This document shows positions 1 through 13,984 of a DNA stretch of 64,000 nt, piece after piece; the first letter of the stretch is position 1, and the number at the start of each line of letters is the position of its first letter. A program made the position numbers and the translations under genes. Below the pieces are notes generated by a model. It saw only the letters and a program-made list of their open reading frames with translations. It was not told the DNA's origin and made no database searches. The stretch lies in NCBI GenBank assembly GCA_012295275.1, contig CM022669.1, forward strand, positions 10,602,001 through 10,666,000. The letters run 5' to 3'. The DNA is from Chrysomallon squamiferum. Its lineage: Eukaryota > Animalia > Mollusca.

Positions 1-223
1 TTAAATCCCAATCTATCTTAAAACAACAATAGTTTTTTAATATTTTATTTCCTTTGTACGCATGATTGATTAGTTTGTATTCAGAAATATATTTTTTGAA
101 TAAAAGAGACGATAAGTATTGACAGGTAGGTGTGACTGTATGTAAATACACATATTAACACCTACATAAGTGTTTGCCCTAAACTAATAATAATAATAAT
201 AAAATACAACTACTCCTACTACA

Positions 224-284
<61 letters not shown>

Positions 285-450
285 AAAATAACAACAACAA
301 AATAATAATTGTAAAAATAAAATAATGATAATAATGATGATTAAGGTGATCAAACTTTAAAAAAAAAAAAAAGACGCCGCTGATGTGAATATAATGAAAC
401 AAATACAGAAAGAACGATAATGGCAATAGTAGCGCTAGTAGATAAAATAA

Positions 451-504
<54 letters not shown>

Positions 505-753
505 AAAAATTAAGCTTGCAAACATAAACATAGATTATGCAACAAACACACTACAATAACCTTTTATATTACATTTCACATGAAAATAGAAATATATGCA
601 TCCATAATTCACACTTTCATACAGCTGTTATGTCACAATAATTTTTATTCTGGCATTTCCGGGTCACTGATATTACAAATAATGACACTCTTAAAGATCA
701 TTATCGTTAAAAGACAGTGAAAAAAATACAAACATTATGAATTATGTCTGAAC

Positions 754-766
754 TGACCTTTGACCT
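754..766. promoter_or_regulatory. Perfect DR1-type nuclear receptor element TGACCTTTGACCT
   Basis: Exact AGGTCA-n-AGGTCA on the minus strand, ~130 bp upstream of the gene 1 ATG. Function untested. Confidence 0.3.
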
Positions 767-892
767 ACTGTCATTGCCAGTCGTCTGGTATTAATGGTTG
801 TCGATCATTACTGATTGACAGGCCCAATCATATTTCACCAACTTTGAGAAATGTTTTGTCTGCTGTATAGCATTATCTCAGCAGACCGCAGA

Positions 893-1125
893 ATGAATAT
901 ACACAATGTTTTGGTAAGTTGGATTGTTTCAGTAACAAGGGTAAAATTTCGTATGCAGACATAATGATATATAAGTTTCAGTATTAAATAAACAGCAGAC
1001 TAAAAAAAAAAAAACAGAAGCAAAAAAGAAAATAAATAAATAAATAAATAATAATAATTTAAAAAAAAAGTAAATGTGAAATAAGTAAATAAATAAATAA
1101 ATATATATAATAATAATAATAATAA

Positions 1126-1180
<55 letters not shown>

Positions 1181-4100
1181 GATTATGATTATTATTATTA
1201 TTATTATTATTATTATAGTTCTGTTAACTAATATCAAGCAGGATAAATAATTTTGGGGTGTTAAAAAAATAACAGTTAATTAATATATACAAATTTTGTG
1301 TTACAATCAATCTCAGATTATATTACATTATTATGGGTTACACATAACAAATACATATCCGGATTTATCGTTATCCATATCAAAATCATTTGATATTAGT
1401 TCACTGCTGTTACTGATAAGCTGTCAACTTTTCTCGTGCGCCCCAGTGGCACAATAGGTTAGCGCGCCGTACTTATAGACAGTACCTTCTCTGTGTGTAA
1501 CACAGAAAGAGGAATGCGGAGGTTGTGAGTTCGAGCCTCACCTGGGGCAGCCATTGTTTTTCCTTTTTATTGAAATTCACTATTATTTTTTTTTACTTTT
1601 GTTAGTGCTTAATTAAATAATAGGCAGCAGTATTACTTAAAAATTATATTTCATTTTTGATATAAAATAATTTACTTTTATTTGCAAAATGTCTACTTTA
1701 AATTTTCTTTTAAATTTATTTAACTTTATTATTTTCATTATTGTTTAATTAAATTCATCGGTTATTTTTTTTTTTTATGTAGTAGTTTCAGACAGTACTT
1801 CTATTTAAAACAATATTTAATTTGTAGTATAAAATAATTTTCTTGTTTTATTACAATGACGATTTTAATTTAACATTAAGAGTAAATAACTGATTATTCG
1901 TAAACGCATATGTAGTCCTGTATATTTATACTTTTTTTTTTACCGCGTTTTCTAGTTATTGTATTTAATACAATCAATCTTTTTGATCCTTAAAGATCAC
2001 GTGTACACATGATTATATCCATGCGTGTTTGTATGTATGTACGTACTTACGTCGTTTTTAGATATAAGAGTTTGTTTAAGTATTTTAACTGTATGTAATC
2101 AAATACATTATTATTTTAAGGTTCCGCTAGCGCTGTTTGCGCTTGTCCACGGATACGTAATACACTCAGAGGGACGCCATCCTCAGCGACATGTGCTTCA
2201 GTCAACAGGAGAATACGACCCTCAAGAACATGGCGAACGATTTGTTGCGAGGAGCAGCGCGATCACCTACCAGCATCCCAGCAAAACCTCGCCGAACGGG
2301 TTCGTACGTAACACGGTTTATTTCAAGTCTTTGCATCCAGCTGTTGCTACCGAAGAAACTGAACAGGAGCACAAACCAGAACCCGCGATTCCCTGGTCAC
2401 CAACAGAATCGGAGCAAGAACACTTTTACCAATCGAACTCGGCCTATTGGATAAATAACAATTATTACTTGTCTCCAAAGAAACACACACACCCAACGAT
2501 GACATTATTAAGACGTCGAGTTACATCTTTTGGAAATCAGGACACCAACCAGCAGATCACAACATCAACGCCTCTGCCAAACCAGCATCGCAGAAATCGT
2601 GTTAAGATTTCTTTGAAAGCGAACGGAACTAAAAATAAAGGAGCGAAACGTAATAAGAGTGTTAGAAGTGCAAATCAGAACAATGCAGGGACTGCAAAGA
2701 AAATAACTGGTGTTGTTCCTAAGAAGGATTACACCGAACAAATTTTGTCTATCTTCATATCAGTTTTCCGTGAATATCTACGTAAGTTAGGCAACGCCGA
2801 AAGGAAATATACCCTGCTGAAGAAAAAGGGCAACAGTATCACAAATGCTGGCTTAACAGCTAAAACGAAACAAAGTAATATATCGAATACGGCCACTAAT
2901 ACTAGTTCGGTGACACTGTCACGTTTATCAAAGAAAAGAGAAATGAAATCAACAGTCGCTGAACGAAATAAAAAGCCGTCTCTTGGAAAAAGCTACAACC
3001 GCTTCTCTCCAGATTCACGCAACGCACAGGTTAAAACATTCATCACAAGCAATTCAAGATCTACATCAACAAAAAAATTAATGGCAAGCCCTAAAATTCA
3101 AAATCGCAAAGTAATGAAGGATAAAAGTGATGCATACGTACAGGGGAATAGCAAGGCAGCAAAAATAAATGATTCAGCTTCAGACCACAAAAGTAAAGCT
3201 TTGAAACGAACTTCACAGTATACACCGCTCTTCAAACAGGAGATGTCGGGTCTTCCAACTAGGAGGAGTACATCGTCCGCTGTGTTCTCGGTAACCAGAA
3301 CTCAGTCGAGTGGATCCTCTACTCCAGAACGCATAGCGACTGAGATCAGTACTCCTGCTGTGGGGAACACTCCATCTAGAATACCGTCCGTCATCAGTAC
3401 TGCATCTAGGATATCGTCTGTGACCGATGCTCCATCTAATCAGTCTATGGGAAGTATTCAGTCTAATGTATTGTCTGTGAGAACAACTTCATCTAACGCA
3501 TCGTCTTTTGGTGCATCGGGAACTACTCCTAGTCTGTCGACTGTGGGAAGTTCTTCATCTACGGTTTCGTTTGTGAAAACTACTCCTTCTAGTGTGTCGT
3601 CTGTGAAAACCATTCCAGAGACAGTACGGTCTATAGGAAATACTTCTTCTATTGCATCGTCTGTGGGAAATACTCCGTCTAAAGCGTCTTCTATGAACAG
3701 TAGGAAGTCTAATATATCGTCTGTAAAAAGCAATCCGGCGACTGGGGACACGGTTTTTCAAAATAAGGAAGTCGGTATTAAGATGGCAAATAAAAATAAA
3801 AGCAATTTCTTAAAAGTTCTTACCTCTGCTCCTGAGAAAATAGATGATACCGGTTTAAATGTGTCTGATGTCAAAAGAAGCTGGAATCTCAGCCATGTAA
3901 CGCGTTTCCTTATCACCAACAAAACTGGCAATTCTCACGTTTTGAAATCAACCTTTGAATCAGGTTTGCCACACATTACTGATAAACCTACTGTTAAAAT
4001 ACAGAAAAATATTACGTTTCTTTCCCAAAACACCATTAAATCCAAAGATAGCATATTAACGAAGACCGCAGCAAAGATGTCACAAACTGAATCATCGTAT

Positions 4101-5027
4101 AACAAGCCTTTAACCAAATCTGAGAATATCAATAATTCAGCAAACAATAACCTACTGGTCGCTAAGTCAAAAACAAACATCAGGCGTATTTTTCAGGCTA
4201 TCAAAACTTCTAATGAAATTAATGAATCGTTATCTGAAGACAACTTGTTTAAACCGCACGATAACAAAACATCTGACGATTTAGGAAAACCTCACATGAA
4301 CGCCAAATCGACTCTTTCCGAGGTTAATCTGACAACTCGGTTCAAGTCTCGTAACACATTAAGCGATCCTGCAGACCAGTTCATGGATAATAATAAATTA
4401 TCTTCTTCTCCTGTCAGTGACATAATGACAACCAGTCACGTTCAAACAGACAAAGCATTAAACATTCTGAGCAACAACACCGAAGCGTATTACAGCACAG
4501 TAACAGTTCGGCCGTTAAATGATACTAATACGGCAACGCCCGTAAAAGTGAACGAACCAAAGTCTTTAAGGTCCATTCTACCCAATACATCGTATCAGGT
4601 GCTGCTTGATTTAAATGGAAATAAAAAGGAAAAAGTTTTAAAACAGTACAATAGTAATCAGTCTTTGAAAGGAAACAGTCACACTTCTTATTTTCCCAGT
4701 CAGCTCGTCAAAAACGTATCAGAAGAAAATTATTCAAATACCAACATTTTAAGTCTAAACTTCACGCTGCCAGAGATTCCAGTCTGGATACAGAAAGGTC
4801 CTGAAATAGCAAAACACATCATCGCGAACACTTTAAAGAGTGTGAAAGGTGACAAGAGAGAGATGTGGAAAATGTTGACCAGACTCGTGGAAGAAATGGA
4901 AAGAAACCTGCTGAAGTTAATAGGAGGGGAAAATCCAGTTTTGCAAATGAAGCATTTACTTCCTGGAAATATCCGAGCTATCATCAGCCGCGTGTACAAA
5001 GAGCAGAAGACGTCTTCAGAACGTTAG
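893..5027 (+). CDS. Orphan secreted low-complexity protein 1 (~975 aa, S/T/N/K-rich); exons 893-913 and 2121-5027
   Basis: The 2.9-kb stop-free exon begins after ttttaag at 2121. An upstream ATG AAT ATA CAC AAT GTT TTG|GTAAGT joins in phase 0 to give the signal-peptide-like MNIHNVL-VPLALFALVHG. No recognisable domain. The exon 1 assignment is inferred. Confidence 0.8.
1440..1549 (+). tRNA. tRNA-Ile-TAT: tRNA-Ile(TAT) with 36-nt intron (1478-1513), nested in the intron of gene 1
   Basis: Acceptor stem GCCCCAG/CTGGGGC; anticodon arm CCGTA-CTTATA^A-TGCGG with TAT at 1474-1476 and intron at canonical 37/38; T arm GTGAG-TTCGAGC-CTCAC; downstream T-run. Closely resembles metazoan Ile-TAT genes. 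Confidence 0.93.
3352..3738 (+). repeat. Coding ~30-bp (10-aa) degenerate tandem repeat, consensus about SVGNTPSxxS, ~12 units
   Basis: AVGNTPSRIP/SVISTASRIS/SVRTTSSNAS/FVKTTPSSVS/SVKTIPETVR/SIGNTSSIAS/SVGNTPSKAS; 'tcgtctgtg' recurs at ~30-bp spacing. Confidence 0.8.
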
Positions 5028-6485
5028 CGAAATCTGTGGACCTGTTTTATGATCAGTGACAACATAGAACACCTTCTAATGATATAACATATGTTTTTTT
5101 GTAAAACATGATAAGTTTTTTTTTGTTATTATTACGTTTATTTTTTATTTTTTAAATTCATAATGAAAAAATAAAATAAAATAAAATAAAACATAAATAA
5201 ATAAATAAATAAATAAATAAAAATGTTCATATAATTTGAGACGTTTGACTGCAATATTTTTCTTTTTTCTTCTTAAGAACAGACAAAACTGAAAACATAA
5301 ACTTCTTAACCTTTCTCCCTAAAGTATTTTTTATGACGTAAATGTAATATTAATAAATAAAGTAATTGTAAAGAAATGGAAAATGCGGTCTACTTTTTTC
5401 TACACTGTTACGATAGTCATGAAGTCTTCCACTAAATTCGGAAATGTTTGTAATATTAATATTTTATTACTTTTTATTTCTAAAATAATGCTTTCAAGCA
5501 CGAACCCACTAAATTGCTTCACTACTTAGTTCAATATTTTTGAAAGTAATATATTTATACTGACAAAAAAAAAAAAAAAAAAAATCAATCACAATTTATA
5601 TACTAATAAAAGAACCGAATGTTTTGACGATTGTTTCAAATTTATTTAAAAACAAAAATATCAGAAAAACAACAACAACAACAAACAAACAACAAGAACA
5701 CACACACACACACACACACACAGACACACACAAATAACAACAAAACAAAACAAAAACATCGCCATGCACACACGTTATAAATTACCATCTATAAACAATA
5801 TAAAACATATTGTCTTTTTGGATAATCTGATGTATAATAAATGAGATACTTCAACTGAAAACAACTGAATCTGATTATATTTTTTTGTCTGTCCTTAAAC
5901 GTAAAAGTCACTCGACTCACTGCTTTAGAATAAAATTTCAGACAAATGCCGCCATTTACATAATAAATATAATACCGTCTGGAAAACATGTCGCCAATTG
6001 TGTAACATCGTGAAATAGATAATTAGCAGTCTAGTGACTGTCAGCTGACGTCACTGTCACATCAAAGCGACACGTTACAGAATACTGATTAAAAGTGAAT
6101 ATTTTCCAGCTTATGTCAAACTTCAGGGCAGAGTGAGCACGGAAACAAGATGTCTGCCTTCAAAGAACGATAACTTGGCGTCAGATTCATACAACTGGTT
6201 TACTCTAAAAATATTTTATTTGAATAAAATTAGTGTAGAATAAGGTCGTCTGCGCAATTCGTCTGTTGGTTTTTTTATTTATTATTATTATTTTTTTTAT
6301 TTTACTGTTTCGTGAATACATACAAATGAGTAGTCTGTGGTCTTAATTTAAACAGTCCTTCCACCTCACTCGTCGACTAGTAGGTAACTTTTTTTTATTT
6401 TATTATTTTTTTTTTATTCGCTGTACAATTTCTGGTGCTAAGAAAATCAACACATTTAAATCTGCAATTGTAAAAATCTTCAGGT

Positions 6486-6620
6486 ATGAGGTAATTTTTG
6501 TTCTAATAGATGTGGCGGCGTTTTTCCCAAAATACGGATTTAATTCGTTAAATAATTCATAAAATAATAATAATAAAATCATTTTTCACGAACAGCTTTT
6601 CATGGAGTTTACATATTTAA
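6486..6620 (+). repeat. Degenerate dispersed repeat, copy A (copy B at ~26818-26990)
   Basis: Shared collinear blocks atgaggtaattt..tgtggcg..ttt(t/c)ccc..aaa..ggatt..ttcacg..agcttt..atg(g/a)agttta.atatt. Confidence 0.55.
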
Positions 6621-7097
6621 TTCGTCAACATTAGATAACTTTATTAATATTTCTATCCAAAAAAAAAAAAAAAAAAAAAAAAAAAATAATAATAATAATA
6701 AAAAAATTAATAATAATAATAATAATAATAAATAAAAATAAATAAATAAAATAAAAATTAAAACAAATTATCGAAATAACATTTATTTATTTATTTATTT
6801 ATTTATTTATTGTTGTTTTTAAATAATGTTTTTGACCAAATTCTGGTATTCTGTAACAAATAAACACATTACAAGTTTAATTATTTATATACACCTCACA
6901 GACACACACAAGCAAACACATTTAACATACATACACGCAAAGAAAGATATTATGGATATTAGTACTATCGTCATATCCATTATCAGAACTTTTCATTTGA
7001 TATTTATGCTGGATTATACATTAATATTTGATTTGGAGCGTATTATTATTATTATTATTTATTATTATTATTATTATTATCATCATCATCATCATCA

Positions 7098-7148
<51 letters not shown>

Positions 7149-8013
7149 GTAGTAGTAGTAGTAGTAGTAGTAGCAGCACTAGCAGTAGTAGTAGTAATTG
7201 TATCGACGCCGACGACAACAAGAACAACATCAATAATAACATGTACAACAACAATGGTAAGAGTAATAAAATAAAAACTGAACATAAGAAACATTAAAGA
7301 AAAAAGAAAAAGAAAAGTAATGACAAATACAACAACAGTAGTTACAGTAATAAAACAAAAGTAAAAATAAGAGAAATTAAAGAAAAAAAAAAGAATTAAA
7401 AAAAAAAGACAAACAGGTACAACAACAAAAGTAACAGTAGTAAACAAAAAGAAAAAAAAAAGAATTAAAATAAAAGAAATTAAAGAAGAAAAAGAAAAAG
7501 AATGGGAAAAATCTGAAAAAGTAATGAAATGAGACATTCGTTGCGTAATTTCACGCTAATTTTATGACTTGAGTATAATAATATTAATGTCTTTTTCCTT
7601 GACGGATAATCCTGGTTCACTCACGTATTACAAAATTTCAAAAATCGTGACCTTTCAAAGTTTTGTTTCCCCTTTCCTCTTTCTTTAAATATCGCAGTTT
7701 CACACCCTGTATAAACTTCGAGTCACAGTTACGTCTAAAGGCAGTAAAATATAGTTTACAGCATTTTATAGTTTCTATGGTAATAAACTACGTCATTTTA
7801 ATTGCGCCAAACGTCATAACTAGTCAATCGTTCGTCATCTTCCCGCTTCTTGTAGAAGGACGCGGAATAAGTTCCGTCTCAGCCACGAGGTGCATAGCCC
7901 GAAGCGCTGTCACGTTTAGGATTTATGCAGTCAGAGGTGTTAATATTATTAGCAATCTCATTAAACGACGTTGGATGCTTCCATTATTTACGATGTGGCT
8001 TAACACATTGCTT

Positions 8014-8049
<36 letters not shown>

Positions 8050-8167
8050 TTAAAAAAAAGAAACCAAAAGAAGTAAAAATTAAAAATTAAAGAAGCAACA
8101 AAACAACAACAACAAAAATAAAAATAAAATGACAGAATAATAACAAGAATAACAATAACCAATAACC

Positions 8168-8225
<58 letters not shown>

Positions 8226-8989
8226 GTGACGGTGATGATGATGACGATGCTGGTGATGATGATGATAAATTTAACACCATTACCTTTAATATTATCGCTT
8301 TCAGATCTACCATCAGCACCTTTATTCAGAATTAGCTATCATCATAACTAATGACGTCAGATCATTATTGATGTCATTAAAACCTTTGGAACCAAGGATA
8401 TAGTAAACGACGGAAACAGTATTACTAGTAATGATAATTTTTAATTTTTTAAATTATATATATATATATATATTATCGATATGATAGTAATGATCGATAA
8501 TCATCTTTACAGGTGACATATTATGAATGTGTTAGCTTGTGAGTCTATTGTAATAATTTCAGTTCATTATTAATGTCACTAAGAGATGAATAAAATCAAA
8601 CTTTTTTTTTTTTAAATATCATTTTTTTCTTTTATTACTATTACTACTCTTTCTCTAGTCGTTGTTTTAGTTGCTGTTTACTACTACTACTACTACTGCT
8701 ACTACTATTTAGAATTATGACGTTATTTATTACATATATGACTGCTTTAAGGCATTCAGAGACTGCTCTTGCATGGTTTTATCACTAATATGGGACTAAG
8801 CAGAAACTCAGAACAAATTTAAAATTGAAATTAATCCCACTAAGACAGTAATAATTGTAAACACCTTAATTTTAAAATTACAAAAAATATTTATTCTTAG
8901 CATTATTGAAAATTCTTTCTTCGTTGGCTATTTCAATGATTTTAAGTCGGCAGAATTTTATGTACATATATATATATATATATATATAC

Positions 8990-9158
<169 letters not shown>

Positions 9159-9497
9159 ACAATAGATATGTTATTTATTTATAAATATGTATTAGTTTCA
9201 AGCAAAACTGATGTCGTCTGCAGGTTTCGAAATAGATTCTGTACCCAAAACCAAGGGGAGTGAAGTCTTTCGATAGTCTAATTAAAAACGTCACTGGTGG
9301 CTAGACATTTATTACGTTGTCAGGCGGATATTAACCAATGTTAGACTGACAACAAAGTCGTTGCCGGAGGCAGAATGTGCCGCCCTGGGTTAAAGTAATT
9401 TTTTTTTTTAGAAAGATTTTACTTTTTATAAAAATAATAAATATTATTATTTTTTTTTATATGTTGGTAGTGTTGGGAGACAGTAAGGTGAAGAAAG

Positions 9498-12400
9498 ATG
9501 TGTTCTAGAATGATACTTCTGGTAATGTTAGTTTTTATATAAATGTTTTTGTTTTAAATTTTATTTTAGTTTTAGTTTTAATTTTAATTTTAATTTTTAT
9601 ATTAAATAAATAAATAAATAATAACTCCAAAAATCAACGTGGTAGACAACATTATACATACTCGGAATACGTCATACTTATACATTTTATTTACGTATCG
9701 GATATTCAATTTGTCTTTTTATCGTTTGTCAAATCTCTTTATTCTAGTTAGAATACTTTTAAATATTTTAAATGACATTTTCTCTTACTAACAGACGGTG
9801 GTATGCTTTCAAATCACAAGTAAAACTTTAGTGGACGGAATAAGGAGAGGTGCGCTGGACAATGGTTATCAGTATCCACTGTATGCAAACCCAGTAGACA
9901 ACCATTCTCCAGGAGATTATAAAACACAGCTCAGCCTCACTGACCAGCCTCGCGAACCTTTTCCGAGTCCAGATTCGAGATTTCAAACATCAAGTATGAG
10001 AGACACGAGATTATCAGAATTTCCCATAACGAATTATAGGGATACAAGCTCCACGCTTTATGGAGGAGCTGACACTTACTACGACTATTACAATATGAAT
10101 AATGGACGACAATATGCAGCAGACAATGGATATAACAGCAGACGATCTTCCTTTCCTGCTATACCAGAAGTTCACGTGAGACAACAGAGAAGAACGGCAG
10201 GACGGTACCAGAGTCGAAGAAACGGGTTGGTTCACACTGCACCGGTTGGTCTTGATGCTAGTAAAAAGAGGGATGATTATACTTTCAGATTTCACGGTGT
10301 TCCTAAATCCAAACGAATGATTCGAAATAGATTTGCGTTTGATCAGAATTCACGCCATAAGAACGGTCACGAATTGCTAAGTTTGACGGTGAACAGATAT
10401 CCCGTGGTTGATCACAGTTTACCTGGTCCTGAGTTTGCGCGTAACAGTGAAATTCAATCTGTACACAGAAATTTACAGACAGGATCGTTCTCTAACGGTT
10501 TTGAAATGTCAAACGTGAATCAGCGTTCAAAAGCGCAATCTAGACATTTCAGTTATCAAACGTATGCAAAACCGGTGGATACGTATACTAGTGATTTGAA
10601 TGCGGGATATAACACAAATTCGAAATTCAACACTGGATATGATTTGTATAGTTCAGTAAGGATGAGAGATCCACTGGAAGGATTAAATTTACCAGGACTG
10701 GAGGGAACAACAACCACAGATCTGACGGGAGCTAGAGTTCACGTTCAACCACATTTACCTCCCTTGTCAGAAGTAGCGAGCAGAAAGAAAACGTTGAATA
10801 GAAATAGTGATAATGGTTTAAGAACCGGGCACGAGCTGCTAAGCGCCTTAATGCAAAGAGATCCGTTATTAAACGCGAATGTCCAACAGCTTTCGGGAAT
10901 GAGAGGTCAACAAAGAGCAAGTGTTCACGATTTAACGCAGTTACCACTGGCGCAAATATCCAACGTGGATCCCTTGTCAAAATTACCAGGATTTGGAACG
11001 TTGCTTACAAAAGACACTGGGCAACGCCGCACTATGTTAGAACCAGCCAGTGGGACTTCTAATCCTGATGTCCATTCTTCTGTTAACAAAGATTCTGTTG
11101 CCTATTTGCCACATCAGAGTGGAAACGTGGATGTTAATAATTTATATGTAAAACAGCAAGTAGATATCGTACCCAGTCTAACGAATCCAGGCTATGACTT
11201 GGACGGAACGCCTTTAAAAGACAACACTGGGCTGAAAAATAAACCGGAAATTTATCCTTTCACTGAACCTGATTTGTATATCGAGACTCAAGCGCGCACT
11301 AAAGTAACACGTGTTACACCACCACCAGGGTACAGTTCGAAAACTACACTTTCAGAAAATAACAATCTATCGAACAACGGACCATCTCAGTCGACGACTA
11401 AAACCAGCATCACTCACTCCACAATCTCTGCACCAGAAACCTCTCCTCGCCCTGTTACTGCCACGTCTAGTGCGTCACTGCGACCCATCGTCACCACTGA
11501 ATCATCAACATCATCACTTCGTCACACCATCTTTTTGTCTACTTCAACACATCGCCCCACCGTGACTCAATCTACTACATCGCTTGGATCTACAACTGCC
11601 TTATCTAGTAAAAGCATTCCCTCTGTAATCACTTCGACAACGCCAAATGTGCCCAACAGTGTTGCAGTGTACAACGCTAACCCGATGTTGCTGTGGTTAC
11701 AGAGGTTCAAGAATGCTATGGCAAGATCAAGCGGAAATACAACACCGTCTGTCAGACGAAATGTATCTCAGAAACAGCAAACACAAAAACCTGCAAAGAC
11801 TGAGTACATCGATACACCGCCTATAAGAAGACAGAAATCGGGTCAACAAGTTACAAATCAGCAGAATATCAGAAAGCCCAAAAATAAAAATTCAAACGAA
11901 ACCATACTAAATACCACAACGAATCAAAATAAAAGTTTACATTCAAATGTACAAGAAGTTGAAGATATTGGAATTCATTCGAGAATAAGTTTGGCAGAAG
12001 AGGTACAGAAAATGGCTTTAAGAAACGGCGGCACTTTGAACAACACTAAACCACGTTCATTTTTTAATCCGAGAAAAAACAACATTACAAGACTGTCATT
12101 ACCTGCAAGAACCAAATACGTCCCTGGTTCAGTACAACACGAGAAAACATCTAATAACAGAATATCAGTGACAAACAATAACTCCCTTCTGCAAGACCAA
12201 CAGCTTTTATCTAAGGCGTCTTCACCGAAAAGTGACGAACGTTCATATAACCCTATAGCAGCCGTAAATAACAAAAATACTGGGATTTCTCAAACACCGC
12301 CTTCAATTACTCGTATTTCAACAACGCCTTATTATATGCCAAACTCGAACTGGAAATCTGAAAAGCAAAATGTCCTATCACTGGTGAAAACGACCACGAT

Positions 12401-12581
12401 TACTCCCGTGCTAATGGATAACAGTAAAAATAAGGCAAAGGGCACTCAGCTATTTTTCGGTCGGAGATCAGACAGTAACAAAACTCGTTTGACTCTGAGT
12501 TCACACGTATCGAAACTGATTAATGATCCTATGTTTTTGGCTCTCGTGTCGGATTCGCAAAATGTGCGCATCACATTATGA
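9498..12581 (+). CDS. Orphan secreted low-complexity protein 2 (~936 aa); exons 9498-9521 and 9795-12581
   Basis: The 2.8-kb stop-free exon follows cttactaacag (acceptor 9794). Upstream ATG TGT TCT AGA ATG ATA CTT CTG|GTAATG joins in phase 0: MCSRMILL-TVVCFQITSKTLVDG (weak signal peptide). N-terminal half Y/R/N-rich, mucin-like S/T/P middle. Confidence 0.78.
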
Positions 12582-12787
12582 ACTGACGTGATTTTACAGG
12601 ACAAACAAACCTCCAGGGTAATCGGTGCTTGAGAAACGAATGAGTGAAATCATCGTTTCACAAACAAAAATTCACACAAAAATAATTTAGTGTAAAAAAC
12701 TATAAGTATTGGTGGCATAACAAAAAGGCATATATTATGATGAATAGAAGAAAGAAAGAAAAAAAAGAGAAAAAAAAAAAACAAGCA

Positions 12788-12897
12788 TGCCCCAGGTGAG
12801 GCTTGAACTCACAACCTCCGCATTCCTCTTTCTGTGTTACACACAGAGAAGGTACTGTCTATAAGTACGGCGCGCTAACCTATTGTGCCACTGGGGC
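12788..12897 (-). tRNA. tRNA-Ile-TAT: tRNA-Ile(TAT) with 36-nt intron
   Basis: Identical to the 1440 copy except T-loop TTCAAGC. A long T-run follows on the minus strand. Lies ~200 bp past the gene 2 stop, antisense. Confidence 0.93.
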
Positions 12898-13460
12898 GCT
12901 GGTGTAATGTGTGAATAGTAATGAAAACGAATACTGTAAACCAGAGGTTTTCAAACCTTTTTCTAGCTGTACCGCTTGGAGCACATATTTCTTTGATGCG
13001 TACCCCTTTCCAAACATCACGCAGCGGTAGGCATGACAGTTAATACGCCAGGGAAATGTGAACAATGCTTTAACTGGATAAAATTAATGCAAAATTATAA
13101 AAAAACAAACTTTTTTTTTATAAATAAATAATAATAATAATAATAATAATAAAGTAGTAATAAAGAAAATATTTCGGGGCCGTTTTTTTGTTGTCGAACG
13201 AGAATGATTATCATTCTTTAAGTGATTCTGTACAAATGCTGTTTATACGTTTTGCATCCGCCATTACTGAATTCTGTTCGCGCACACTTTGGTGACAAAT
13301 CGCGGGACACGCGCGTCTCAGTTTGAAAACCTCTGCTGTAGACAATATCACACTGTTTCTTTAACACAATGCTTCCATAGAGACATAATTATGAAAACAA
13401 ACGTACATAATAATATATTTTTATATATCACTTTGTACTATATTACATTTTCCAGATTTC

Positions 13461-13506
<46 letters not shown>

Positions 13507-13984
13507 ATAATTTTTCTCCTTAATCAATCGACTTGGTAGAATATCTATTTGTTACTGTATTTATGTCCACCTACCTATCTGCACACATCTTCATACCTAG
13601 CCACTTCTATCCGTCTGGCTATTCAACCACCTAACACCTAAATTACCTACCTGTTATTATGTATCTACATCTCGTGTCTATGTCGTTTATTATCTACGCA
13701 GTTGTTTATGTACCGACCTAACATGTCTCCGTGTCTTTCTGTCTGTCTGTCTGTTTATATGTTTTCCTCAGGATGTATAATTCACTGTCAAATGTCAGTA
13801 TGAAGACTAAATTAAGACATGTATCACCAGGCTGTAAATATTTTATAACGAATTCTACAAATAATTAATATTTATAATTTAATTACTGGAAGTGGCAGCA
13901 GCAGCAATAGCAGTAGTAGTAGTAGTTGTTGAAGTATTAGTAGTAAAAGTAGTGATGGTAGTAGTAGTGATAGTAATATTAGTA

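Noticed and set aside
2025-2120. ORF-track N-termini of the long ORFs (2025, 9798, 19583, 23696)
   Set aside because: They are intronic read-through or internal starts. Clear acceptors at 2120, 9794, 19705 and 23668 with in-phase upstream micro-exons explain them better.
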